From the NCBI GenBank assembly GCA_051294375.1, contig CM119265.1, positions 10,433,042 through 10,497,041 on the forward strand: 64,000 nucleotides of DNA. Direction: 5' to 3'. The DNA comes from Paraspadella gotoi (taxonomy: Eukaryota; Animalia; Chaetognatha). Position numbers and translations under genes: made by a program. This document shows positions 49,749-60,535 of this stretch, piece by piece (positions within the stretch are counted from its first letter, which is position 1; each line of letters begins with the position of its first letter). The notes under the pieces are model-generated. The model made no database searches, was not told the origin of the DNA, and saw only the letters and a list, made by a program, of their open reading frames with translations.

Positions 49749-52700
49749 TTAATTCAATCTTCGCCGTTTATTGGCTTCGCCTTGAGACAAAAATGGATCG
49801 TCGTCGTAATCTAACCAATCAAATCCTTCTTCTTCCACGAATGGGTCCGATCCGAGGATCGAGGATGACACCTTCGCCGTCGTTGCGTCATCTCGCACGC
49901 CCGCCCCGTCCACAATTCTCGGCTCAGAAACGTCGCGAGTCTTTGTTTTTTTGACGGGACTCAAATATTTGTCCATCGTGTTTCGCTGAAGCGGAAGTCT
50001 TTTCGAAGGAGATTTTTTCGTCGGACTTTTCGTCAGAGTCCTTTGAACTTTGACCTCTCGAGAGTTTTCGGTTCGGTTCGATTCTTCGAGAGACGCCGGG
50101 GAAGATTTTCGAGGAGACCGAAAGTCAACGACGCCGGCTTGAGTGGCGAATGAACGAAGGAGGTCGTCGTCGTCTTCGATCTCCTCGAGAAATGAATCGA
50201 TGGTCGGCTGCGTTGATGGCTGAAAAAAAAATGATTTCATTAGTATAATCAATAATTTTTTTCACTCTTTACAGCGCATACAATAGTCGATTTCGCTCAC
50301 CTTTTTCTGGAATTCTTGAGCGCAACCTCGAAAGCTCTCGTCGGAGGCGGAGGCGAGTCCGACTTTTCCCAGAACGCTGAGTTTCCTCGTCAAAAGATTC
50401 CAAACGTGATCGTCCGAAGTTCCGGCAGCGAGGAGATACTGGACCATGACCGAGTCTCGCTGACCGATCCGATGTGCGCGGTCCTCTGCAAACCGATTGA
50501 TTACAGAGATATTTACATTGCCACCCGTTTACATTGCCTTTGACATATGGATTTTGTACAAAACCAGGTCCATAAGTTTTCCAAAACTGATCGATTTACA
50601 TACCGGCTTGCACCATGACTCCGGGATTCCACATAATCTCCGCAAAAATCACGCAACTTGCCGAAGCCATGTTGATGCCTAGAAAAGAAGATAAGTATAA
50701 ATTTTAAAAGGATGAAAGGATTGGTAATATTTCTGTTACATGCACAGATTCGCTGACTATATTCACCGGCATTGGCGGCCATGACGCTAAGCACAGCTGC
50801 TTTGCAATCCACGTCATTGTTAAATCTCCGTGCCAAATCTTGTCGATCGGCGGCGCTCGTGGATCCGTCGATACGAATGAACTTCGTCTGAAAACACAAA
50901 AGAAATACATTCAATAAGTGATTAACTGTATTCTCAATTAATAAATAAAATATAACACTCGCAACAACACAGTCCTTACCTGAGAGCTCCGTAGCAAATC
51001 GGTGATTGAGTTGAGCACGTTTTGGTGGTGAGCAAAGACGATAAATTTCGGAAGGCCCTCGATTCTGTCCATCAGGTATTGGCAGACGGCTTGAATCTTG
51101 AGGAATAAAGTCATTTACGTATGTATGACAATGTTTGTATAATAGTTGATGTTTTACCACTTCACTCTGGGAGTGAATAAACGAGACTGTGAGAGAGTCT
51201 TGATTGAAAGCTTGCAGGGACTTGCTATGTCATTATCTTGTAAGAGTGATGGAGGCCTTAAACACCAAAGCCTGTCCAAAGTCAGGGGCAAGATAGCTTA
51301 TTTATTAAATGAATGGATAATTTTTATATTGGTTGTACCAATTTCATAAAATTCGGCTCCTTGTATTTTGATGCTAGTGCGGAATACAATATAGTATTCC
51401 CTGATCTAATACTTAAGGGAGTGGTCTTTTCATACAATTGAAACATTCTTTGAAATATTGTACCACTTCATTGTTAGGGAAGCCAGGTACTCTGGGAGTG
51501 AATAAACGAGACTGTGAGAGAGTCTTGATTGAAAGCTTGCAGGGACCTGCTATGTCATTATCTTGTAAGAGTGATGGAGGCCTTAAACCACCAAAGCCTG
51601 TCCAAAGTCAGGGGTAAGATAGCTTATTTATTAAATGAATGGATAATTTTTATACTGGTTGTACCAATTTTATAGTATATTGTATAATGTATATGTAACT
51701 AGATTCAAACTGATTTTTTCGTCGTCGCGTTTAACCTTGGCCTCGGCGGTTTCGTGGAAAAACTCGAGCAACGCGTTATGAGCGTCCCCCTTCTTGTGCA
51801 ACTCGTTGGCGCGCTCAAGCGTTCTTCTGGCGGCGCCGAGGCTCGAGCGGCGCTTGATCAGAGACGAGTCCAGGTGCACAACCTGGCGCCGTTTCGGCGG
51901 AAGTTCGTCCAGCACTTGTGACTTAGTTCGTCGGATCATGAAGTGCGCCTCGAGTAAGATCTAGAAATGGTCGCGCAAAGGAATGTCAAAATCGGTCGTC
52001 GCAAAAGCTTTCGCAACTTGAAAAGCTACTTGTAATTCTTCCATGTTGGAGGATCCGGTGTAGTCCCATCCCCAAGCGTTCTTTCGAGCGTCGCAGTAGC
52101 GCACGCCGAACTCGTGGAACATCTTGAACATCGTCGAGTCAAGGCAGTTGATTTGGGTGTATAGCTCCTTTGGACGGGAAAGGGCGGGAGTACCTAATTT
52201 AAAAAAGGCTCAAATTGTACAATAGTACAATGGAGATATATAAATTATATTTTTAACAAAAAGTTTTTGTTCGAAAACAAGTGTAAGAAAAAACCGATCT
52301 CACCCGACAAGAGAAGGACGCGTTTAGCGGCCGCGCAAACGGGAATGACCGCCTTGGTCCGCGCCGTTTTTTCGTTTTTAATGTAGTGAGATTCGTCCAA
52401 AATGACAACGCCGTATTTCCTAAGAGAATCGGGAACAACGGCAATGAAATACTGAGATCAGTTCTCTATGAATGCTCCAGAATTTTTACCTCTGCCTCAC
52501 GGTTTTAGCCAGCAAGTCGTAACTAGTGATAACGACTTTCCTCTTGTGCGGAATATCGTCGTTTCCTTTGACGACGACTTGCGTGTCCAGATCCACGATC
52601 AACTCTGGCAGCCAATTCGCGAAGGCTTCGTTCCACTATGAGGACAAGTAGTAAAGAATGAATAGGGTAGTGCGGGGTAATTCGGAACACTTTTGAAATA

Positions 52701-55700
52701 TTTCACATAGTAAGTTTTTTTTTTTTTTTTTAATTTTGTGTTAATATATCTAGAAAAGTGTCCTCGCTATAGATTGATGTAGTCGTTTTTATCCTGCGGC
52801 CCCTAAGGGTTGGAATTTTTTTAAATATTGAAAAGTAAAGTAAAAATAATAACTAAAACACTATTATTTGGAGCATAGTGCCTCTCATTAATGTTTTATG
52901 TATAAAAATTTTTAAATCTAACATTCTTATTATTATGTTCTCAATTTTGAAAAATTATTGAATGATTGATTGAATTATTGATTTATAGTATTTTTGATAA
53001 AGTTTATTATTTCTTTTCATTCCTGAATATCGTCCCCATCTTTCTTTTCAATTAATATTGGTTTTTTTACCACATTTTTTATTTCCAATGTTATTTTTTT
53101 AAATTATTTTTATTTATAATTTTCATTTATCTTTTTAAATTGTATTTTATTTTATTTCCTTTTATAAATTTTGATATTTATATGAATTTTACATTAATTT
53201 TGTGGATAAGGCGCTACGTGGGCTGAAGATGACTGTCCGTAACTTCTATAACCCCCTCTAGCAGCCATGGAACGGGTCCCTGGGCTTGGAACCAGGCTTG
53301 AGGGTTTGCCATGCCCCCAAGGCGGCTTACGGCCGTCCTCACGCTTCCCGCAGGGTAGGTACCGGGTTGGGATTGAACCCGGTACCTAGTGGTCATGAGC
53401 TGATGGCTTTATTCAATGAGCCACCGGGTCACAACTGAAAGTGTCATGATTCTAGGTGGGGTGAACCTAGGCAATGCCCGACTACAATTTTATCTTAATT
53501 TTTTAACCATATTTAGACGTTAAATCCCATTCCTAATTTTTGTATTTTTTTTATTGATAAAAATGAAGAGACAGTTATTTTTGTTATGTGTTAGTGACAG
53601 AACCGTTTCATATAAGCAGTCCCTGAGCTTCGGATCAGGCTGTAACACCATGTTACAGGCGGGTTAAGCGCCCCGTCCCTCTTCACTGCTAGGCGACCAC
53701 CGGGCTAGAACCCCAGACCTTTGGGTTGGGAGGCAAATGACTAGCCTCTGGCACCAATGGCCGCTGATGAAAGGTTGGTGGATTTTAGTCCACCAGACAT
53801 CCCCCCTTCCCGTATTAAGAAGTTTGTTGCGTCTCTTCAGTGAATTGTTGTTGGTGGAAAGTTCGTCACCATGTCACCATGTAGCCTGATGTGTTGTTGG
53901 CGAAAAGTGCATCGCCAGGTTGAGCCATGTTGCCTGAAAGTGTTGTTGTTGCTGTTGGGTTCGGAAGTCGGGCTCACCAATGAAGAGACAGTTATTTTTG
54001 TTATGGGATAGTGACAGAACCGTTCAATATAAGCAGTCCCTGAGCAGTCCCTGAGTAACACCATGTTACAGGCGGGTTAAGCGCCCCGTCCCTCTTAACT
54101 GCTAGGCGACCACCGGGCTTGAACCCCAGACCTTTGGGTTGGGAGGCAAATGAATAGCCTCCGGCACCAATGGCCGCTGATGAACGGTTGGTGGATTTTA
54201 GTCCACCAGAAAAAATAATTTTTTACTGTAACATTAATAGTATAATAATTTTTTTCAACTAATTATTTAACAAATATTCCTAACTGTTATCAATACTAAG
54301 TAAATTATTACTAACTCGTTATAAAAAGCATAAGAGGTAACACACAGAGTACTTACTTTACAGGTGTTCCGTTATATGTAAAAAATAATTCAATTATTTT
54401 TTTGAAATAATCTATTTAATAACTAAAAATTAGTAGTCTCGTCTATCATATATTAATATTCCATAATCATATTAAGTCAAATATGATTGTGACAGAGGCT
54501 TGAAAACGACTACTCAAAGACGACAAAAAAAAATAATTGTCAAAAAATAAACAAATCAGTAGACCCGGCCCCTGAGAAAAAAAAAACGAAATAAAAACCC
54601 GATGTTGCGATAGCAAAATGGTAACATGCACGAATGTTGCGAGTTCAATCCTTTTCTTAATTTTTTTTTTAATAAAAGCGCAGAGAGAGAGAGAGAGAAA
54701 AAAAAATAAAAAAATCAAAAGGCAGCAGCAGGAGCAGGAGCAGCAGGAGAAAAGAGAGAAAAAGAAAGAGCCCCTGCAGAGCCAGCTGCAGACTCAAAAG
54801 GCAACAGCAGAAGCAGCAGGAGAAAAGAGAGAAAACGAATAAGCCCCTGCAGAGCCAGCTGCAGACTCGTTTTTTCCCCTATGAATCAGTGACGAGGGAA
54901 AAGAGAGGGAGAGAGACATGTAATTAAAAGAGAAAAGAGAGAGAGAAAGAAATATAAAAATAAAAGAGAAAATTTGTTTGTTTTGATAAAACGTAAACAA
55001 AACATATTTAACAACTGTCCAGACTCAATTTTAAGCACATCGATGATGAGAAGCTGTATATAAATTTTCAGCTTCATACACCCAAATTTAATCATAAAAA
55101 AGGCGATCTATAATTTGAAACGCCGACGACAACGCCACTTATGCGCAAAAGCGTTACAATATCGTCGCAAACGCTAAGCGATTGCGACGATAAAAAGATT
55201 TAAGATAGCCTATCACAAATTGATAAAATCTTAAATTTACCCTCCAGCTCTTGATGTTTGGAAAGATGTGTCGTTTTTGACTATATTATGTTCTGACATG
55301 ATATAAGTGAGTGCCCAACAATATTGAGGGGGCGGACCGACGGACCGACAAAGTGAATTATAGAGTCGGGATCTGCTGATAAGCAGATCCGACTAAAAAA
55401 ATCAAATCTAAAAAAAGTGAGTTTAAAAATTAGAGACTATTTACAAATCCATCTTCTTGCTATCATTGCTGAGGCATATCAAAGTCTATTCTGATAAAAT
55501 TGGCATATATATATATAGTTTGGGTTTTTACTTTTAAATTCATATTTAATATTGAAAAAAACTTCATGGGTTTGAAAATGACAGCGTTTTTTTTACCGAG
55601 ACTGACCTGAAACCTAACAGACGAGGGACAGACGACGAGAACGGGCCAATCGCGACGGTAATAACCAGCAATGCCGATGGCCTGGACTGTTTTTCCCAAG

Positions 55701-56903
55701 CCCATGTCGTCCGCCAATAAAATGCGGCCGCCGTTACGGATTCCAGTCAAAATGCCACGGCGTTGAAAATCGTAAATTCTGACACGGATATAACCGAAGA
55801 AAAAATGATGTCGAAACTTGACTAACCAAAAATATTTCAAATTAAAAATACTTACTTTCCCAAAAGTTCCGGTCCGATCGCATCCAGATCGGGATCCTCC
55901 GCGCACTCTTCCTCTTTATGACGTATCTCTACCAAAGCACGAAGGACGAACTGCGGCAAAGGTTCGACCTCCAAGTCCGCGCAGATCGACGTCAACTGAG
56001 AAACAACCGTGTCGTGTTCTGTCGGGAAGAGGGAAGCCGTCGAAATTACCAATAAGCAAATCTACCCAAGGGGTAGAGGGGGCGGCGAAACTCACTTCTA
56101 ACCGGAAAAGACCAGGTTTTGTTCTCGACGTCGTACTCTCTCCCTTCCAATGTCTTGAAGACGTCGATAGCCTTGAGATGAAACCGTTCCATTGTCGCCT
56201 TGAATCGTGACTTGGAGGCGAGAACGAACCGAACTTTAGTCCTCTGAAGAGGATGCACTTTTGGAGGAGCGAGGGAGGACGCGGATTCGGAAGCTTTGGC
56301 AGGCATGTAACCGACGGAAGCGGCGACGCTTTTGACGCCGGATTCGGGAATTCTCGACCAAAGGTCTTTCGGCGGCGGCGGTGGCGGCGTCGTAGTTTTT
56401 GCGCTTGATGTCGTGGAATTTGGGACGGGGTTCGATTGTTTCGACAAATGTTTATTTTGAGGATTCGCCGCATTGGCGCCGAGTGAAGTTTCCGTCAGAG
56501 AAGGAAATACTGGGGAATTGGAGTCGCGAGACTTTTTCGCACGCAACTCTAACGCGCGTCGCTTTTTTTCCTCCAAAATATTTTTTAGATCATCTCCTTC
56601 ATTTTTGTTCGAAGATGTAGAAGTGGATAAATGTTTGTATTCATTGCTTCGCTCACCGATAGAAACGTTGTTGTTGTTGTTGTTCGAAACAGTCGATTTG
56701 GCCACGGGTGAAACAAAGACTGATTTCTTTTTGATGTGAGACTGAGAAAGTCGCGTTTTCTTCTCGGACGAAACATTTGATGACGCAGCGCGTTGCTGTT
56801 GTTCCTGACGTTGCCGCGTATGATCTTTTTGGCGCTTAATCTCGAGAGCGCGTCGACGATTGTCTTCCATCCGCCGACGCTGCTCTTCGGTCATTGAAGA
56901 CAT
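49749..56903 (-). CDS. SMARCAL1: SNF2-family annealing helicase SMARCAL1 (HARP)
   Basis: N-terminal RPA-binding motif [22 protein letters not shown] domain [44 protein letters not shown]. Confidence 0.95.
51155..51670 (+). repeat. About 1.5 tandem copies of a 325-bp dispersed repeat (family A) in a SMARCAL1 intron
   Basis: tctgggagtgaataaacgagactg recurs at 51166 and 51491; other copies at 20970-21830, 26190-26648 (minus) and 34510-34600 (minus, partial). Confidence 0.85.
53203..53470 (-). mobile_element. tRNA-headed SINE-like element, intact copy
   Basis: gacccggtggctcattgaat...gggttcaatccc (A and B boxes); homologous to 15757-16597. Confidence 0.7.
53562..54210 (-). mobile_element. Two direct copies (period about 413 bp) of an element carrying a degenerate tRNA-Gly(CCC)-like region at 53693-53764 and 54106-54177
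   Basis: Acceptor stem GCGGCCA/TGGTCGC, CT-CCC-AA loop, GGTTCAAGCCC B box; D and anticodon stems poorly paired. Confidence 0.65.
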
Positions 56904-57200
56904 AATCTCCGATTTGTTAGATTCACAGCCTCATAACTGTTTAACGAAAAAACCAAATAAAACATTAATTCGAGATGGAATCTGAGTCACAATGAACCTC
57001 GACAGAACTCACTCGTAGAAAATCAAATTTTAACTTTATATCTTGTATAGTATCACTTTATTAGCGAATCCAACGTAAAAATCAAAGCGATAATACTATC
57101 TAGGAGAAAAGTATATCACATAATTCATTTATTCAATTAAACATATACAAAACATAGGTAAAATGGTTTTAGTTCACAACGAATTTTATTTTTCATAGAA

Positions 57201-57243
57201 AACGTACATGTTTCGGCTTTGGATGCAAGCCTTCTTCAGCGTC
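57201..57243 (-). ncRNA. Minimal type I hammerhead ribozyme, sense to the gene cluster
   Basis: GACG CUGAAGA a GGCU ugcauccaa AGCC GAAA caug UA CGUU; palindromic ACAUGU stem III. Confidence 0.8.
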
Positions 57244-58112
57244 AAATGATTTGTGAAATTTTGGACAGTTTTTTGTGTGAAAGAAGGGAGAGAGAGAGAG
57301 AGGGCAAAGTTTCCAACACAGTAAAGAAAAGAATAATGGTCAAGTGGTGAGGATAGGTTAAGAATGAGGACAGATAGAGATTTTAGTTTTGAATAAGAAA
57401 TGAAATGGTCAGAGTGAGAGAGATAGGGAGAGAGAAAATAATAATACATTTCAAATGTACAACAAATAAAGTTTTAAACTAAATAAACAGGCATTAACAA
57501 TTAATTATTTAATAAATAAGTTTAAGTGAAGGTGAAAATGAAATGTGAAAGTGAGAAGATACATTTAGTGTAAAGGGTAAATTGTTAATAAAGTTAGAAA
57601 TTAAGAGTTAAGATAGAGCTCAAAGTGAGATGGCCCCCCTTGGTTTGGATAAATGAGAGGCTCGGGCGATGGGGCTGGGTCATTGGCGTGTCATTGGTTG
57701 AGAGGACAATTGAACCGAACATATTATTGTCGGGCTAGGGAAACCTCCTTGCGGAAACATTCCAAATGCTACTCGAATATCTCTTGGCCTGATACGCCTG
57801 CCAGCTGCCCTCTTCTCGCCTGCTGACGAGGTAGGCGGTTGTCAGTTCTTGCCGCTTTTGTATTATTATTTTCTCTCTCCCTGTCTCTCTCCCTCTCTCT
57901 TTCTCTCTCTCAATCTCTCTCACTGTGACCATTTCATTTTTTATTCAAAACTAAAATCTCTATCTGTCCTCATTCTTAACCTGTCCTCACCACTTGACCA
58001 CTATTCTTTCCAAACTCTGTGTTGGAAACTTTGCCCTATCTCTCTCTTTCGCTCTCTCTCTCTCTCTCCCTTCTTTCACACAAAAAACTGTCCAAAATTT
58101 CACAAATCATTT

Positions 58113-58155
58113 GACACTGAAGAAGGCTAGCATCCAAAGCCGAAACATGTACGTT
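58113..58155 (+). ncRNA. Minimal type I hammerhead ribozyme, inverted copy with a stem I mismatch
   Basis: GACA CUGAAGA a GGCU agcauccaa AGCC GAAA caug UA CGUU. Confidence 0.7.
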
Positions 58156-58741
58156 TTCTATGAAAAATAAAATTCGTTGTGAACTAAAACCATTTTGCCT
58201 CAATACATATAACAACAAAAAAAGAAAGGTTATTACCACCACAAAACATAAGTAAATTATTCTCAATATTTGGTATATTCTTCCTTGGCATTGACTATTG
58301 CTTGCATTTGTGACAGTAAAATATTTTTCTACATATTTAACGCAGTTATTTTCAGCCCCAATGTTGATGTTGCGCATATTTCCCTTTTTTTTTAAGTTAT
58401 AATAACACTTTTTTGAACAAAAAAAAGTGCAAGGCTATTAGCATTACTAAATTAAAAAAAAAATAACTATTTAAAATAAAAATAAATTATTAAATATCAA
58501 AAATGGTAAAAAACTAAATATAATTTTTTTTACCATTTTTATTTAAAATAACAATATTTTTTTGCCTCTAACTTCTAAACGATTTGACTTATAAAAAAAT
58601 TTTAAAAAAATTACTGAAAAGAAATTTGATATAAATTTGGAAAAATTTTGATTTTTTTAAAATCATTTAAGTTTTCGAGTAGATATCCTTTATTAAAAAT
58701 GTGATATACTTTTTTCCTAGATAGTACAACAGAACGGCAAT

Positions 58742-60271
58742 TCATACTCGGTTGGTCTTAGAAAAATGGAGGACAGCGATTGAGGGAGTTTCCACGTTCC
58801 GGTTATGTTCCCAGCGACTGTTGTTGTTGTTGTTGATGTTGATGTTAGGAGCATGAAGAGAATTTTGAAAAGATAATCTAGTGGAAGAATCTGAACTCTC
58901 GATGTCTACGTCGTGGTCGACGTTCATCCTCGCGGTAGAAATCTCAAGGTCCAAGTCGTAGCTGAAGGCCGTCGGAATAAAGATTTGATTATGCAGCGGC
59001 TGCTCCAAAAACTTTCCGAAGCCGATCAGCGGTAAGACCAGAACGGCTCCGTCGACGGCGCCGTCCTCTGATCCGACGCCGAAATCCCAAAGCGGATCCG
59101 TGGCGACGCCAAAGTCGACGGTCGAAGTGCCATCGAAGGATCGGCGAAGAAACGCGCACAACTTTGTAAACATCTCGGCCAAATAAAGACGGAAAAAATC
59201 TGGCTTTGTCGTTGGATGAACGACAAAGACGGAGTTGGAAGAGGGGCCTCCGTCGCTTCTCAAGAGTTCGACCAAATGTTCCAAAGCTGCGTTTCCCGAT
59301 TTGACGCCGATCAGCGGACGGAGAAACTCTTTCACACGAATGCCGCTCTTAAAATATTTTCGGATGATCTCGTTGACGCGTTGAGCCTCCACAACGGGAG
59401 GAATAAAGCTCACGGAACTCGGTGAATTCATTGCTTCGAGGGGAATCAGTAATCCAACGCTCACAAGTCTTTTTAAATCTTCACACCGAATCACTTCAAC
59501 GGTCGTTTGACTATTAACAGATGAAGACAGATCAGAACTACACGTGTTTGTCAGAGAGGGACACTCTGATAGACCCAAAATGTCGACAATGTCCTCTCTA
59601 TCCGGAGACTCTGGAACCAACTCGGGTGAAGATGGGCGTTGATAACATATTGGACTGCGGCAGTTAACTCCGCCACTCGGCTCAAATAAGGCCTTCTCAG
59701 GCTCTCCTGGCTGTTCACTGTCTACAAAAATATGAGTAGATTCATCAGTCGATTCGTGTTCGCTGTTCTTGCCGTCAGGGCACTCCCCGTCGCCGTCAAA
59801 GTTTAAAGATGACTGAGTTTTCCGCGTCTTTGGTTCTGAAGAACGAGCGTATTTTATAGCCAGAATAACTTTAACTGTAGGATTGCGAGATTCGAAGACT
59901 TGCTTGCACTTTTCGGAGCAAAAGACTAAGCGCGTTAATTTCGAATCCGCGTTCGAAGCTTTTGCGGTGATTGGCGCGCAGGGAAAGTGAAAGTTGCGAC
60001 GACACTTGACGTTGGCGCAACTGCAACCACCGCGCTCTTTGCTGGAGCAAAATACGGATATCTTGCAGTTGACGGCGGAACAGTTTAACTTTTTGACGCG
60101 ATTGACCTCCTTCTGTACCATTTCTGGGTCCAAATTTTTATCGGACCGTTGACAAAAGTTGGACGAGTACTTGAGGCAATGATCGTGGGCGCGAATGAGG
60201 CATCCGTTGACCGGATGAAAAGTACGCATGGCGTCGAATCGTAAAAGACAAAAATCGCATCTTTCCTCCAT
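58742..60271 (-). CDS. Extended-PHD zinc finger protein (PHF6/PHF7/PHF11/G2E3-type), apparently a single coding exon
   Basis: CDFC...AHDHCLKYSS...VQKEVNRVKKLNC...GCSCANVKCRRNFHFPCA...VFC. Confidence 0.75.
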   Translation of the reverse strand: MEERCDFCLLRFDAMRTFHPVNGCLIRAHDHCLKYSSNFCQRSDKNLDPEMVQKEVNRVKKLNCSAVNCKISVFCSSKERGGCSCANVKCRRNFHFPCAPITAKASNADSKLTRLVFCSEKCKQVFESRNPTVKVILAIKYARSSEPKTRKTQSSLNFDGDGECPDGKNSEHESTDESTHIFVDSEQPGEPEKALFEPSGGVNCRSPICYQRPSSPELVPESPDREDIVDILGLSECPSLTNTCSSDLSSSVNSQTTVEVIRCEDLKRLVSVGLLIPLEAMNSPSSVSFIPPVVEAQRVNEIIRKYFKSGIRVKEFLRPLIGVKSGNAALEHLVELLRSDGGPSSNSVFVVHPTTKPDFFRLYLAEMFTKLCAFLRRSFDGTSTVDFGVATDPLWDFGVGSEDGAVDGAVLVLPLIGFGKFLEQPLHNQIFIPTAFSYDLDLEISTARMNVDHDVDIESSDSSTRLSFQNSLHAPNININNNNNSRWEHNRNVETPSIAVLHFSKTNRV

Positions 60272-60535
60272 CCCGAGCGATGGGACTGTGCTGAAAATAA
60301 AAAAGTCAAAACAACCTTTAACAACAACAGCTGGAAATATTTGTTAATGTATTCCCTAACGACTAAATATATTCAACATCGTCCGTTCACTTCGAGCAAT
60401 TCCTTCATAGTTTCGTCTTTAGTGGAATTTCGACGGGAGATGATCGCCGCTCTTCTCTCTGGCCGGCGCCGGCGCCGACCGTTCTATCACGAAGGAAATC
60501 CACGTAATTATTCATTCTCCACTTCAACGTTTCGT

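Larger units (their letters stand above)
57157..58200. mobile_element. Penelope-like element remnant: two inverted pseudo-LTRs of about 300 bp, with a near-perfect 9-bp flanking duplication
   Basis: 57157-57448 is the reverse complement of 57860-58200; each arm has a hammerhead and AATAAA; flanks caaaacata and caatacata. Confidence 0.75.
57094..58726. mobile_element. Family G MITE carrying a nested Penelope-like inverted-repeat insertion
   Basis: TIRs tactatctaggagaaaagtatatcaca and tgtgatatacttttttcctagatagta. Confidence 0.75.

Noticed and set aside
53693-54177. Functional tRNA-Gly genes
   Set aside because: D and anticodon stems do not pair properly and there is no T-run terminator; treated as repeat-borne tRNA-like regions
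53760-54215. CTGATGA...GAAA resembling a hammerhead on the plus strand
   Set aside because: Stem II is offset by 5 nt, there is no UH site or stem I partner, and the first copy lacks GAAA
57157-58200. Mutator-type MITE (long TIRs, 9-bp duplication)
   Set aside because: Hammerhead plus AATAAA in each arm and a solo related arm at 48.3 kb fit Penelope pseudo-LTRs better; Mutator is not fully excluded
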